From the IMG/VR virus record IMGVR_UViG_3300037045_000370, positions 1 through 40,649 of that record: DNA of 40,649 nucleotides, one strand, 5' to 3'. Made by a program: the position numbers and the translations under genes. Origin of the DNA: a virus. Taxonomy: Duplodnaviria > Caudoviricetes. Positions 7,508 to 17,530 of this stretch are shown here, one piece after another. The notes under the pieces were generated by a model. That model made no database searches and was not told where the DNA came from. It worked only from the letters and a program-made list of their open reading frames with translations. Each line of letters begins with the position of its first letter. Position 1 is the stretch's first letter.

Positions 7508-10500
7508 ACCTCATTTAATTCCCTTAATAATGGTGCTGCCTGTTTTTGCTTTTCCTCCTGGGTTATTTTCTGGTTCTTCCAGACAGCGTTTATTTTTTCT
7601 GTTAATGAGTCAATCATCCTGACTCTTATTATTTTGTTATATACTTGCTCCTGTGGCACTCCCTGTTTAGTTGCCTCCTGTACCTGCTGAGTCTGTTTTT
7701 CACTTAAGGGTCTTCTGTTATTCTCATAATAATCCTTAGCTTCACTATAAGCCGACGGCCCAAACAGTAAACCCTTGGCAGAATTAACGGGATCTGTTCC
7801 AACCGGGTATTTAAGCTGATCATCATCAGTGTAAACCCCTTGTTTCATTAATGCTCCCAACCCTCTCCTGGTCTTATCAAGCTGTAATCCACCCCAGGGA
7901 AGAATTAATTTACTGGCCGGATCATTTAGAGCCTTAGTTATTAATAAACCAGAGCCGAACCTGGTCGGGTCAGATCTGCCAAACAACTCTTTTCTGGTAG
8001 GTAAATCATCTGATCCAAACACTGAACCGCCGTATTCAGGATAAGTGGCTGCTATAGTCTGACCTAATGGAACATTTGATAATATTTCACCAGCTCCCCG
8101 GCCGGCAATTCTTAGAGCCTTTTCCTTGGTTGATAATTTATCATCCTGAGCAACATTAACTGAATCAATTATCGCCTGTATTGGGTCTAACGTGACCCCT
8201 GAGCCTCTTATGTTTTTCGCTCCCTGGTTAAACATATATAGTGTCATAAGTAAAATTATCCCGCCGGTTACGTCCTTAGCCTCTTTCATGTCCTTCATGA
8301 CATGTAAAAGATTCATTACTTCCAGCTGAAACGGAGCTACCAATTGAAATAACTTAGCCTTTTGCATCAGCGGCACTTCGCCTATTCCTCGACCAGCCAC
8401 CAGCCTCCTGGTTTCATAATCTGCATATCGTACTGGATCTTTAATAAGTTTATTCGCCAGCCCTTTTTCATAACACGAGTTCCAAATAAACTCAGTACCT
8501 ATACGGTCTGCTGTTTCCATCATCGCTACGGCACCATTCTTGGCCTTATCTAGTACCTTAGTATCAAATGGCCGATACATGGCATCTGCATAACGCTCTT
8601 GCAGGAATGTAGATCTAGCCATAGGATTATTTTTTGTAAATGAATCCGGCTTATAACTGCGTTCAATAATTGATTTATTAAACCTAACCAAACCCGGAAA
8701 AGAATACTGTTTCGCAAAAGCTATTCCCTGAGGAATATTTGCTACCTGAGCCACCATAGTTCCCGCATTACCAAGTATAGTATTAGATTTAACCCGATTA
8801 TTGACCCAGTTCACTGCCTTAAAGAACTTCCTGCTGGCTACCTTTTGGGCCCCCCTGTCAAAAGGATTAGTTTTCCCTGCCAGATCGTTAGCATAATCCT
8901 CCAGGAACTCTATAAAATGATTTATATTACCTTTAGCACCCGGGCCCTCCACCAGCTCATCCTTAAGCTGCCTGAAATTTTTTATTTGCGGATCAATATG
9001 AAGAGCATAGGCAGCATTAGGAAGATAGTTTAAAAAGCCACCTACAGCATCTATATCATAATCGCCTTTGTTTTGCTTTTGAAAGATGCTGCTCCATTTT
9101 GAGTTTGGTCTAGTAGTATCTGATATGCCAGCCAACCCAGGTGAAATCTGTGCTGGAGAATCAAAGATATTTTTCAGACCTTCCAGGCCCTCAAGCTCTC
9201 TAAAATGACGATAGTAATCCTTTCTCTTTGGCAGTCGTTTACCCCTTAATGCCCTCTCATATTCCGCTTCCAGACCGTCTATAAGGCCACGTCTGCCCTC
9301 GGCTGTATAAATTGGATCGTTCTTTATGCGCTCGATCCGATCAGTTATTTGCCTCATAGTTTCGGTGTCTTCAAGGTTAGTTTGGCGGCTTCCACGTAAT
9401 TCATCTAACTCAGACTGTATTCTATTTATAATATTCTGCCGATATTGAGGCACATAAAGAGTATCTTTCTTAACTGCATCGATTTTAGCCTGCAGCTCCT
9501 GAATTGTCTTGGTATCTTCGGTACCTCTCCGGCGTGGGTTATTGCGAATAGTATTTAGTTCCCAGGTAAGCTCCTGAAGTAACTTCTGTTGCTTTTCAGG
9601 TGAATACTTGACCGTATCGCTTAGATCATCTATTTTGGTCTGTAATTCCTTCATATAACCGGTTTCCCCTGTATTGGGACGGTTGGGACTGTTGCGCATC
9701 ATATTAATTTCCCATTCTAATTCCCGGATTTTCTCTGCCTGGGCATTCTTACTATACTTGTCGGGCATTTTAAGATCATCGATTTTACTGGTAATCTCAG
9801 TTAAGCGAGCATCGGCACCAGGGTATACTATTGTCCTGGCATCGTTAATATCATCAACCAGGCGATCATAAGACTGCCTAAACCATGCATCTGCCTTAAT
9901 AATATCCTGCGCCCTGGCTTCCCCCAGTTCATCAATAAGATCCTGCTTAGAAAAAGGTATCCATTCCTTAACTTTTTGTTTAGTAACTGGATCTGCTGCC
10001 CAACGCTCCCCGCCGCCTTCACCGTATAGCTGGACCAATTCACTTTCCCGGCTGCCTTTTTTAATACCCAGGCCCTTGACTACCTTTTCATTTAAATCAT
10101 TCAAATACTGTTGCTGTGTACCTACATAACTTCCTTTAGCATCATCCAGTTTATCCAGCACCTTAGACTTAACTTCTTCATATCGCGGTCCCAGTACTTG
10201 TTTAAAGTTGCGGTATATATCCCGCATATACGCCTGTAATCCAGTTATATCATTTAATTCCAGTTCGCTTATATCTTCGCTAAGAATGCGATCTGGATTT
10301 AACGGTATTTCCTCTTTTATATTACTAACGCTATCCTCAGCTCCCTGTCCGGAACGAGCACGCATAGGTCCGGGCTGTGTAGCACCGGTTAATCCGTTAC
10401 CCTTACCGGCTGCATCGGAAGCCCCATCTGCTTCTAGTCGGCCAAGACCAGTTGGAGTTGTATTGTTCTCAATCTTATTAGCCCTAAGTTTACCCAGCCC

Positions 10501-11274
10501 AGCCTTTACCCCTGCACCTATACCCTTCATAGCTAACTCAGACCCTGCCCACATAGCTGCCCATTCCAGAAAGGGTGTGCGTTTATATTCTGGTTTATTA
10601 CCTTCCATCATAAGCCAGGTGTTAACCATATCAGGGGATGATTTAACAACTGTATTAGCCGCCTTGCCCATCAACTTGCCACCTAGTGCCTTTTGTGCAG
10701 ATGCAGCGGCACTCTCTGCCATTGGGGCTAATCCTGCAGCTTTAGTTAAACCACCACTTACAGCCAATGAAGGTATAAATCCAGCTAATCCGCCAACAAT
10801 ATGCTCAGCAGTTGTATCTTTTAAACCTATCGCATCATGCATCGGCTGAGTTGTAGTATCCCATAGATTATCGAATTGCTTAGATCGAGGCATAGCTCCT
10901 TTAGTATAAGGATTGTTATTATAGCTCGGGTCAACTTTACCCATAACTAGATCATAAGGGGCCATAAGTAAGTCAGTGCCTAATGCTCCTATTCTTGATG
11001 CCTCTTTACCAATATTCATAGCAGCTGCTCCACCGAGTCTTCCCAATTTACCGAAAGTGGATTCTTTTACATTAGACAGGGCAGGATCAACCCCATTAAC
11101 TTCTTTCCTGCTCTGTCTGCCAGCTACGGTTGCATCCCATTCCGGATCTGGTTGTATTATTTGCGGAGCAGGAGCCAATGCTTGTTGAGCAGTTGGACCT
11201 AAAGCATCACGGCTGATTCTGCCTGCATCTATATCCTCTTGTAAGGATTTTAAGGCCCATGAAGGTATAGCCAT
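7492..11274 (-). CDS. Large internal virion/DNA ejection protein
   Basis: 1260 aa, Ala/Gly-rich N-terminal part, helical body; last structural gene of a podovirus-type module. Confidence 0.65.
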   Translation of the reverse strand: MAIPSWALKSLQEDIDAGRISRDALGPTAQQALAPAPQIIQPDPEWDATVAGRQSRKEVNGVDPALSNVKESTFGKLGRLGGAAAMNIGKEASRIGALGTDLLMAPYDLVMGKVDPSYNNNPYTKGAMPRSKQFDNLWDTTTQPMHDAIGLKDTTAEHIVGGLAGFIPSLAVSGGLTKAAGLAPMAESAAASAQKALGGKLMGKAANTVVKSSPDMVNTWLMMEGNKPEYKRTPFLEWAAMWAGSELAMKGIGAGVKAGLGKLRANKIENNTTPTGLGRLEADGASDAAGKGNGLTGATQPGPMRARSGQGAEDSVSNIKEEIPLNPDRILSEDISELELNDITGLQAYMRDIYRNFKQVLGPRYEEVKSKVLDKLDDAKGSYVGTQQQYLNDLNEKVVKGLGIKKGSRESELVQLYGEGGGERWAADPVTKQKVKEWIPFSKQDLIDELGEARAQDIIKADAWFRQSYDRLVDDINDARTIVYPGADARLTEITSKIDDLKMPDKYSKNAQAEKIRELEWEINMMRNSPNRPNTGETGYMKELQTKIDDLSDTVKYSPEKQQKLLQELTWELNTIRNNPRRRGTEDTKTIQELQAKIDAVKKDTLYVPQYRQNIINRIQSELDELRGSRQTNLEDTETMRQITDRIERIKNDPIYTAEGRRGLIDGLEAEYERALRGKRLPKRKDYYRHFRELEGLEGLKNIFDSPAQISPGLAGISDTTRPNSKWSSIFQKQNKGDYDIDAVGGFLNYLPNAAYALHIDPQIKNFRQLKDELVEGPGAKGNINHFIEFLEDYANDLAGKTNPFDRGAQKVASRKFFKAVNWVNNRVKSNTILGNAGTMVAQVANIPQGIAFAKQYSFPGLVRFNKSIIERSYKPDSFTKNNPMARSTFLQERYADAMYRPFDTKVLDKAKNGAVAMMETADRIGTEFIWNSCYEKGLANKLIKDPVRYADYETRRLVAGRGIGEVPLMQKAKLFQLVAPFQLEVMNLLHVMKDMKEAKDVTGGIILLMTLYMFNQGAKNIRGSGVTLDPIQAIIDSVNVAQDDKLSTKEKALRIAGRGAGEILSNVPLGQTIAATYPEYGGSVFGSDDLPTRKELFGRSDPTRFGSGLLITKALNDPASKLILPWGGLQLDKTRRGLGALMKQGVYTDDDQLKYPVGTDPVNSAKGLLFGPSAYSEAKDYYENNRRPLSEKQTQQVQEATKQGVPQEQVYNKIIRVRMIDSLTEKINAVWKNQKITQEEKQKQAAPLLRELNEVKAAN

Positions 11275-11275
11275 A

Positions 11276-12391
11276 TTACTGCCCTCCGTACATATCCTTT
11301 ATTATTTGCCTGCGCCATGCATCAACCAGATCCGGATAATTGAAATAATTTACACCGTCTGCTTGAGTTGTAGTTCCATTTGCTAGCCTCGGGTCACTCT
11401 TTGCTCTCGAAGCCGCTTCATTCATGACCCACTGCTGACTTTTTTCATCATCAGTTTGCTGAGTATGATCTATCTGATATTGCTGGTATGCTGATAAACT
11501 TCCCAATCCGTTGCCGCTGTTTTTAGCAGCCGCTATATCTAAGCTAGCATTTTTATAATTCGTATCAGCATCTAATTCTTTTTGTTTTAATTCGTATTCA
11601 GCCTGCCACTGCTTGTCCTTTTGAGCTTGTATTTGTGCTTCCAGTGCAGCTGCCGCCTTACTGCTCTCTAAAGCTGATTTTTGAGCTGCCGTTGTTTCAT
11701 AGTACGGAAGTATAGAGGATAGACTGCCTAATAATTGCATTTGTGCGCTGCTGTTAGCCTGATTTGTGTTGTAAGCCAATGTATCAGCCGCCTGTCTCTG
11801 CGAAGCAACCCTGTCATTATAGCTCTTGGTATTAACAAAATTGGTCTGAGACGGATCTGCAGTTATCGCCGATCTTTGAGATGGAGCGGAAATATTACTG
11901 TAATCCGGCTGTGTAGGTTGAATACTTTGGAAATTATTTATCATCTCCTGAACCTGTTGCAGCATAGATTGTTGCTGTGGCTGCGGGGTTACTGTTGGGG
12001 TTGTAGCAGCTGTTGGAAGTATACTTGTATTAGGACTCCAGACTCCTGTCTGTGAATTAAAAGTCTGCCCGGTTTGTCCCGCAAGAGCAATATTAGCTGC
12101 ATGCGCCGCCTCCATAGCAGCAGTATTTCCTATTTTATTAGCCGCTGCCCATGCAGCAGAGTTTGCTGCCATTTGATCAGCTATTGAGCTGCCGCTGCTT
12201 GATCCAGAACTTGAACCTGTCGGAATAATTGCAGATAAATTACTGCTTGAGCTTGAATTTGTTGTCGGACTTGAAGAAGATCCTGAGTTAGAATATTGAT
12301 AACCATAGGCATTGTTGTTCCCGCCCACAATAGTTCCGTTTGAATTAACCTCATAGGTATTATTCCCCACTGTATAAGTTGAGTTTGCCAT
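11276..12391 (-). CDS. Putative ejection (internal core) protein, Ser/Ala/Gln-rich
   Basis: 371 aa, low complexity with coiled coil; adjacent to the large ejection gene. Confidence 0.55.
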   Translation of the reverse strand: MANSTYTVGNNTYEVNSNGTIVGGNNNAYGYQYSNSGSSSSPTTNSSSSSNLSAIIPTGSSSGSSSGSSIADQMAANSAAWAAANKIGNTAAMEAAHAANIALAGQTGQTFNSQTGVWSPNTSILPTAATTPTVTPQPQQQSMLQQVQEMINNFQSIQPTQPDYSNISAPSQRSAITADPSQTNFVNTKSYNDRVASQRQAADTLAYNTNQANSSAQMQLLGSLSSILPYYETTAAQKSALESSKAAAALEAQIQAQKDKQWQAEYELKQKELDADTNYKNASLDIAAAKNSGNGLGSLSAYQQYQIDHTQQTDDEKSQQWVMNEAASRAKSDPRLANGTTTQADGVNYFNYPDLVDAWRRQIIKDMYGGQ

Positions 12392-12414
12392 TATTCCACA
12401 TCCTTCCTGGCAAT

Positions 12415-12443
12415 AAAAAAAGAGCCCTTATTAAAAGGCTCTT
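12415..12443 (-). terminator. Rho-independent terminator after the moron
   Basis: AAGAGCC/GGCTCTT stem plus a T run on the minus strand. Confidence 0.75.
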
Positions 12444-12464
12444 AGTAAGTAAGATTTACTTCTT

Positions 12465-13073
12465 TTATTTTACAACTTTTTGTCGCGTTAATTCGGTTCC
12501 AATTATTTCTTCTTGTGTTGCTCCGAGAATCTGTAAAGTTGCTATGCCTCGTAAATAAGCCATATTCTCATTTTGCCGTATATCACTAAAATAATACCTA
12601 ACATTACATAAATGTACTGCTTCATGCACTAAAACGCTTGCAATATATTCTGTTGATAAATTAGACCGGTTTAATAAACTAGTGCATATATTGATCTTGT
12701 CTGAACCCTCTGAATGCGCATATGCTTCATCATTATTAGGTGTAAATATAATTTGCTTTGTGTACGTACAAACAGTTTCATAATCCGGCGGATCTTTCTC
12801 TTTTAACAAATCCAACGCCTGAGTAATTAAAATTTTAAACTTATCATCCCCGACTATCTCCGGTCTTTTCACAGACTTTATAAATATAGCTTGGTTCCAG
12901 GTGACTTCTGCTCCCATAGCTTCAGCTAAAGAACGTAATGGAACAAATAAACGGTTATCTATTGTCATGGTTTCCATTGGCTTGATAGCGTTATCTACGA
13001 CAATAACTTCTTTAGCCATTACCGGACTAACCAACATCAGAATCATTATTACAGTAAGCAGAATCTTCTTCAT
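12465..13073 (-). CDS. Secreted protein (moron): signal peptide, Cu-amine-oxidase-N-like segment, HExxH metallopeptidase-like domain
   Basis: MKKILLTVIMILMLVSPVMA signal; RLFVPLRSLAEAMGAEVTWN; LVHEAVH. Confidence 0.75.
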   Translation of the reverse strand: MKKILLTVIMILMLVSPVMAKEVIVVDNAIKPMETMTIDNRLFVPLRSLAEAMGAEVTWNQAIFIKSVKRPEIVGDDKFKILITQALDLLKEKDPPDYETVCTYTKQIIFTPNNDEAYAHSEGSDKINICTSLLNRSNLSTEYIASVLVHEAVHLCNVRYYFSDIRQNENMAYLRGIATLQILGATQEEIIGTELTRQKVVK

Positions 13074-13098
13074 ACTATCACTCTCCTTCGAGAGTAGT

Positions 13099-13124
13099 AT
13101 TCACCATTAAATGTCAAATATCCT
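13099..13124 (-). promoter_or_regulatory. SigH-type promoter for the moron
   Basis: AGGA (13124-13121), 18 nt, GAAT (13102-13099). Confidence 0.5.
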
Positions 13125-13763
13125 CTAATTAACGCTTAATGATGCCAATAATTGTTTTAGCGTATCTCCATAGTTATAGCCCGATATATCAGTGAACTGG
13201 TCTGATACATACCCTGCGTTTACATTGTAATTCTGTAAAGCATTAAGCAAAGCTAATTGATTAGTATATTTTGTATTTGCGGTATCTGCCGCCTGCGCCT
13301 GACCTGCAAGAGTCTGCTCATTATTATAAGTACCCATGAGATTGGCCAGGCTTAGGTCTTGCGATCTTTGTGCTGCAGCTTCCTGTCCTTGGATTCCTGC
13401 TATTGCAGTAGACTCCTGAGAATTAAGCTGGTTAAGCTGATTCTGTAAGGCTGTAGAAGCTTGCGTTTGGGTGTTGTTAATATCATTTATCCCGCTGTCT
13501 CTTGTCGCTTGATTACGGGCTAAATCAGTACGAGCTGTGCCAGAATTATATAATCCCCTCTGAGCATTAGTTTCATCCAGTGCCCTCGCGGTCTGGTTGG
13601 CCTGAGATGAAACCTGGTTCTTTTGAGCCTGGTAGGTATAAGGCAAGGCTTGCTGTTGTTGGGTCAGGCTGTCTCTCTGAGTCTGATAGCTGTCTTTTAC
13701 AGTTCCTAGTGCAGACTCATATAACTTTTGATAATCCGCCGGGTAAGTGGTTGAGTATGCCAC
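13125..13763 (-). CDS. Putative ejection protein, Gln/Ala/Asn-rich
   Basis: 212 aa coiled-coil with AQRGL..SG motif; first gene after the tail genes. Confidence 0.55.
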   Translation of the reverse strand: MAYSTTYPADYQKLYESALGTVKDSYQTQRDSLTQQQQALPYTYQAQKNQVSSQANQTARALDETNAQRGLYNSGTARTDLARNQATRDSGINDINNTQTQASTALQNQLNQLNSQESTAIAGIQGQEAAAQRSQDLSLANLMGTYNNEQTLAGQAQAADTANTKYTNQLALLNALQNYNVNAGYVSDQFTDISGYNYGDTLKQLLASLSVN

Positions 13764-13908
13764 AAAATCACATCCTTTCGCTTGATGATTACTATTATTT
13801 TGTATAATTTACTTGATGAAATAACCCATATAGGTAAATTTACTTGAGAGACCATTCCTTAAATAAAATACCAAGCGCTTAGAAATATTCTTGCTGCGCT
13901 TAATTAGT

Positions 13909-14028
13909 CTACTGCGATATAATCTCTGTCTTTTGGGTTGCTGTAATCCAACCTTTTAATATAGCTACATCCAATTTCGCCTCGGTCAACTTTCCCTCCG
14001 TCCAGAGTCTTTTTAATGTTTCAAACAT
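13909..14028 (-). CDS. XkdX-like small phage protein (39 aa, absent from the ORF track)
   Basis: MFETLKRLWTEGKLTEAKLDVAILKGWITATQKTEIISQ; GWIT motif; typical position after tail-fibre genes. Confidence 0.75.
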   Translation of the reverse strand: MFETLKRLWTEGKLTEAKLDVAILKGWITATQKTEIISQ

Positions 14029-14030
14029 AT

Positions 14031-14282
14031 CTACACCCCCAGACTATCTAATATAAGCTGGTCAACGGTTTCTTGGAGAATATCTACTTGAGATTTTGGA
14101 ATAATTGGCTTGGGCTGAATTGCTATTACTGTTTGTCCTATTACTTCCTCAACCTGTTGTATTTCCACATCAATTAAGGCAAAGCTATAATTAACGGCGT
14201 TTTGCTCAATGGTTGCATCTTCCGTCACATCAGGATAACTGTCTATTAATAGTCCGGTGTTTTTATTTATTAACAATTTCAT
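14031..14282 (-). CDS. Tail-fibre-associated protein (XkdW-like position)
   Basis: C-terminal LQETVDQLILDSL coil; between the fibre and XkdX-like genes. Confidence 0.55.
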   Translation of the reverse strand: MKLLINKNTGLLIDSYPDVTEDATIEQNAVNYSFALIDVEIQQVEEVIGQTVIAIQPKPIIPKSQVDILQETVDQLILDSLGV

Positions 14283-14292
14283 ATATACCCTC

Positions 14293-15018
14293 CTATCTTA
14301 AAAACATAATAGCTAATGTTGCTGTTCCTGTTGGCGAACCACCTTTTATCCACGTAAGGGTACAACCATCACTGTCAAGCGTTACAGTCGTAACTTGAGC
14401 GAAAACTCCCGAACCAGTTACCAAATAAATAACAGCTCCATCGCCAAAAAGCCAATTAGTAGCACTTGTCGCATGACCGTTGGCAACACAATATTTAGTT
14501 GTTCCCATTGTTAACCCAATGGAAACGGCTGGCGACCCGTCAATGATAGCCTCTATTATTACCGCTCGTGGTGCAAAGCCCGCCCCAGTGATTGCTTGCG
14601 CCCCTGTAACGGATACGTCATGAGTAGCTTTTACCGGAGTAAAACCTCCGGGAGTATAAACGCCGCCAGCATCTATTGAGCCAGCGGAACCTATCTTAAT
14701 ATGTCCCAATGTTGTTAGTGTCGCTTTTTCAGCCAAATGCGTACTAACTGCAGTATCTAAAGCCTCGGCCTGAGCCTGTGCAGTTGCTGCGGCTGCAGAT
14801 CCATAATTGGTCAGTTTGGTCATGCCTATTTTATCGGCTCCGCTTGATCCGTCCGTAGTGCTTTCCAGTTCCGCTAAAAACGTATCTTCCAGCCAAGTTA
14901 ACAGCTCAGCAGTTCTGGTATTAAGCCAGGTCTTGAAATTTGTCGCCTGGCCGCTTATTTTAGTTGCTTTAGCTGTCCAGTCAATAGAAAAGCCTGTAAA
15001 TCTCGTAAAACCAGCCAA
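14293..15018 (-). CDS. Tail fibre/receptor-binding protein
   Basis: N-terminal anchor, SGADKIG, HLAEKAT...GHIK repeat, C-terminal beta-rich head (GFAPRAV). Confidence 0.7.
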   Translation of the reverse strand: MAGFTRFTGFSIDWTAKATKISGQATNFKTWLNTRTAELLTWLEDTFLAELESTTDGSSGADKIGMTKLTNYGSAAAATAQAQAEALDTAVSTHLAEKATLTTLGHIKIGSAGSIDAGGVYTPGGFTPVKATHDVSVTGAQAITGAGFAPRAVIIEAIIDGSPAVSIGLTMGTTKYCVANGHATSATNWLFGDGAVIYLVTGSGVFAQVTTVTLDSDGCTLTWIKGGSPTGTATLAIMFLR

Positions 15019-17103
15019 CTATTTCACCTTCTTTCCAATTTGGTAACTTAAGACCTGGGAGAATATTGTCATGCCCTGGTCTAATTGATTGTTCTGCCAT
15101 TTCCAGTATATATACCACCCGGTTATCTTGAGGCTTTCCACCACTGGTAAAGCATAAGGATTAGATCCAAAAGACCAATCATCAAAATCAATATCATCGA
15201 AATCAAAGGCCCTAGAATCCTCAAATACCTCTATATATTCATCCATATCCTCTTCAGTAAATACTGAAAGATTATGATTAGCCTCGGCTTCGGATCCAAA
15301 GGAACAAGATAATTCCAAAAACTTTTTATACCTGGTTCTATCTCCAAATATTATAGGACTGGTCCACCAGGCATCTATTGCCACCCCGGCATCGTTATAT
15401 GACTCATTGGACTTATATACCTTACCCGCATCATCACCAGCCCACAAAAGACCATCCTGACGTTTCAACAATTGGGTTATGGTTGCATATAACCCTGTAT
15501 ATGGATACCAGCAGTAAATGCCCTGGGCCAAAACCGAATAATCCAGATCCAGCACCCAGCATTTAGAGCCAACATGCAGGATGTATTTATTCTTATAAAT
15601 ATAAGCAAAAGCAGATTCTAACTCTGCCCGGGAAGCTGATAACAGCCCTGAAACCGGTATAGTGCCCCTATTATAATTAATAGCTTCACTTATAATCCTG
15701 GTCCCTAACTGACTTCTACTGGCTAGTGATGAAGGTACTGACCATGTAACTCCATCATAAGATAAACATAATAGCCCGTCTTGGGCTGGTTTAACTGTTC
15801 GCCATGACGTGCAGCCATGCTCATCATTAAGAGGATTAATTGAAAATACTACCGTAGTATCATTGGCGGTTACATCAGTCCAGAACCTAAAGTTTTCTGT
15901 CATTGTGATCAGGTAACTTCCTACCTTACCCATGCCGGTAACAGATTCTTCATCTGAGTTCGGCATGTTCTGATCACCATCATCAGGAAAATAAGTTACA
16001 TCCATTAGTCCGCTTTGAAAGCGGTAATTTTTATAATCCGGATTACCGGCAAAGAATACTCTGGTATCATTCTGACCGCCATAAAAGCAGTGGAATTTGC
16101 ATTTATTTATAATTGATGCATTTTTTATTCCCGCTTTAGTAGCCTGAATAAGCACATTGTCAGTTCCTTCTCCGGGTGCAGTATCGAAAGTTACCGTCCC
16201 GGCTGTCAGGTCCACGGTAAAATCATCCGGGTCAACCAGGGCACCGCTCACATATACGCTGTCTATCGAATCCAAATCTGTCAGGTTCATCTGATAGACT
16301 GTTGCAGAAGTTGTTCCGGAAAAAAATATCTTCCATGAGTCTCGTAACAGGTTATATGCTTCGTTTACCGTACCGCCTCCAGTTGGTGCACAGCCGGTTA
16401 AAACTGTCGGTATATAAGCAATAGCAGATACAAGTGCAACCGGATTAGTACCATCGTAATAACAAAACTCTGTACCGGTCAGAAAAAAGAATTTATCGTC
16501 AAACACAAAGCCATCAACCTGAGAATCGGCAAGACCGGATTTGAGACAAAGCATGCTATTAGCATACACATTGCCTGTAACCTGTATTATCGTACTAGCG
16601 GTTATTGCCAAGGTTGCATCACCTCCCACAAAGGCAGCCGCATTTATTTTGCCTTCTGTATTGAACCTTATCGCTGATTTCGACTGAATATAAGTGTTAC
16701 TATAAATATTACATTCTTCAAATACTTTAATAATACTATCTGTATTTATGTCTGCATGCCCTGACATACTGGTTTTAAATATCATTTTAAGCAAAGAATT
16801 AGATATAACTACTGCTCCTCCGGACAATTCCAATTGAGCGTAATTAATCAATTTTGAGTTGCTATCAATGTCGCATTTAGCTGCTATATCAACTTCACAA
16901 TATAAGATAGTTATTAATTGACTATCAATCGCCGCTATACTACTACCCAAAATGTCAATATCGCAGTACACGTAAGCGATTCTTTTGGCATTAGCTACAA
17001 TATTACCGGTAGATACACAGTCTGAATGACCTTCATGATAATCTTCGTAGGTTACAAAAGTCCAATCATCAAAATCTATATTGTCAAAATCGAAGTAATA
17101 CAC
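15019..17103 (-). CDS. Tail nozzle (P22 gp10/T7 gp12-like) main body fused to an N-terminal beta-repeat region
   Basis: After about aa 187: beta-propeller-like blades, RVFFAGNP, YFPD, G.AIDAWWTS, KKF; first ~185 aa are ~20-aa repeats. Confidence 0.65.
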   Translation of the reverse strand: MYYFDFDNIDFDDWTFVTYEDYHEGHSDCVSTGNIVANAKRIAYVYCDIDILGSSIAAIDSQLITILYCEVDIAAKCDIDSNSKLINYAQLELSGGAVVISNSLLKMIFKTSMSGHADINTDSIIKVFEECNIYSNTYIQSKSAIRFNTEGKINAAAFVGGDATLAITASTIIQVTGNVYANSMLCLKSGLADSQVDGFVFDDKFFFLTGTEFCYYDGTNPVALVSAIAYIPTVLTGCAPTGGGTVNEAYNLLRDSWKIFFSGTTSATVYQMNLTDLDSIDSVYVSGALVDPDDFTVDLTAGTVTFDTAPGEGTDNVLIQATKAGIKNASIINKCKFHCFYGGQNDTRVFFAGNPDYKNYRFQSGLMDVTYFPDDGDQNMPNSDEESVTGMGKVGSYLITMTENFRFWTDVTANDTTVVFSINPLNDEHGCTSWRTVKPAQDGLLCLSYDGVTWSVPSSLASRSQLGTRIISEAINYNRGTIPVSGLLSASRAELESAFAYIYKNKYILHVGSKCWVLDLDYSVLAQGIYCWYPYTGLYATITQLLKRQDGLLWAGDDAGKVYKSNESYNDAGVAIDAWWTSPIIFGDRTRYKKFLELSCSFGSEAEANHNLSVFTEEDMDEYIEVFEDSRAFDFDDIDFDDWSFGSNPYALPVVESLKITGWYIYWKWQNNQLDQGMTIFSQVLSYQIGKKVK

Positions 17104-17128
17104 ACGTAATCCCCCTTTTTAACTGGGG

Positions 17129-17515
17129 TTAATCGAACGTGACTGTAATCTCACCAGCTAGAAATACAATCTGATTGTCGATATTAATAGTCCTTGCTGT
17201 GTTTAATGCCCCATGTAATAAAAGATTTCCGCTTGTAGCAGCATCAAAAAGCCCTAAATGCGTAATAGTTCCCCATGAAGCCGTTGCCACTGGAAACGCC
17301 ACATCAGAACTATTTGCCGTTACTCCATTTGAGGGAGCATCAAAGCTTAAAGATTGGCGTGCATAAGATCCACCTGATGCCTCAGAACCGCTATTAGCAT
17401 CAGTTGGATCAGAGGTAAAAAGACCTACGTAAATTGTCACAGAGGGTGAGTATGCGGTGTTACGCAGAACTTGATTAATCAACTTATCTTCCAAATAATT
17501 GCTCATTTTACTCAT
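17129..17515 (-). CDS. Small virion appendage/minor tail protein
   Basis: MSNYLE..L...LR....YVGLFT.DP......E.SGGSYARQ...F..AT..WGTITH.GLFDA...GNLL pattern common in phage structural regions. Confidence 0.7.
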   Translation of the reverse strand: MSKMSNYLEDKLINQVLRNTAYSPSVTIYVGLFTSDPTDANSGSEASGGSYARQSLSFDAPSNGVTANSSDVAFPVATASWGTITHLGLFDAATSGNLLLHGALNTARTINIDNQIVFLAGEITVTFD

Positions 17516-17530
17516 TTAAGATCCTCCTTT

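Noticed and set aside
10208-10849. 213-aa plus-strand ORF and other antisense ORFs (e.g. 4682-5035, 23459-23890, 30095-30721, 39965-40342)
   Set aside because: Shadow frames opposite well-supported genes, without RBS or motifs
7492-11274. Tape measure protein
   Set aside because: No tail tube, chaperone frameshift pair, Dit or Tal genes; context is portal-adaptor-nozzle-ejection
13806-13847. 11-bp direct repeat AATTTACTTGA x2 upstream of the first ejection gene
   Set aside because: AT-rich, only two copies, no supporting promoter; may be chance
15169-17095. Diversity-generating retroelement TR/VR pair
   Set aside because: Only 40 bp, mismatches not confined to adenines, and no reverse transcriptase in the window
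16540-17530. Self-splicing intron or IS interrupting the nozzle gene
   Set aside because: No group I/II core, transposase, homing endonuclease, terminal repeats or target duplication seen; the insert encodes virion-type proteins
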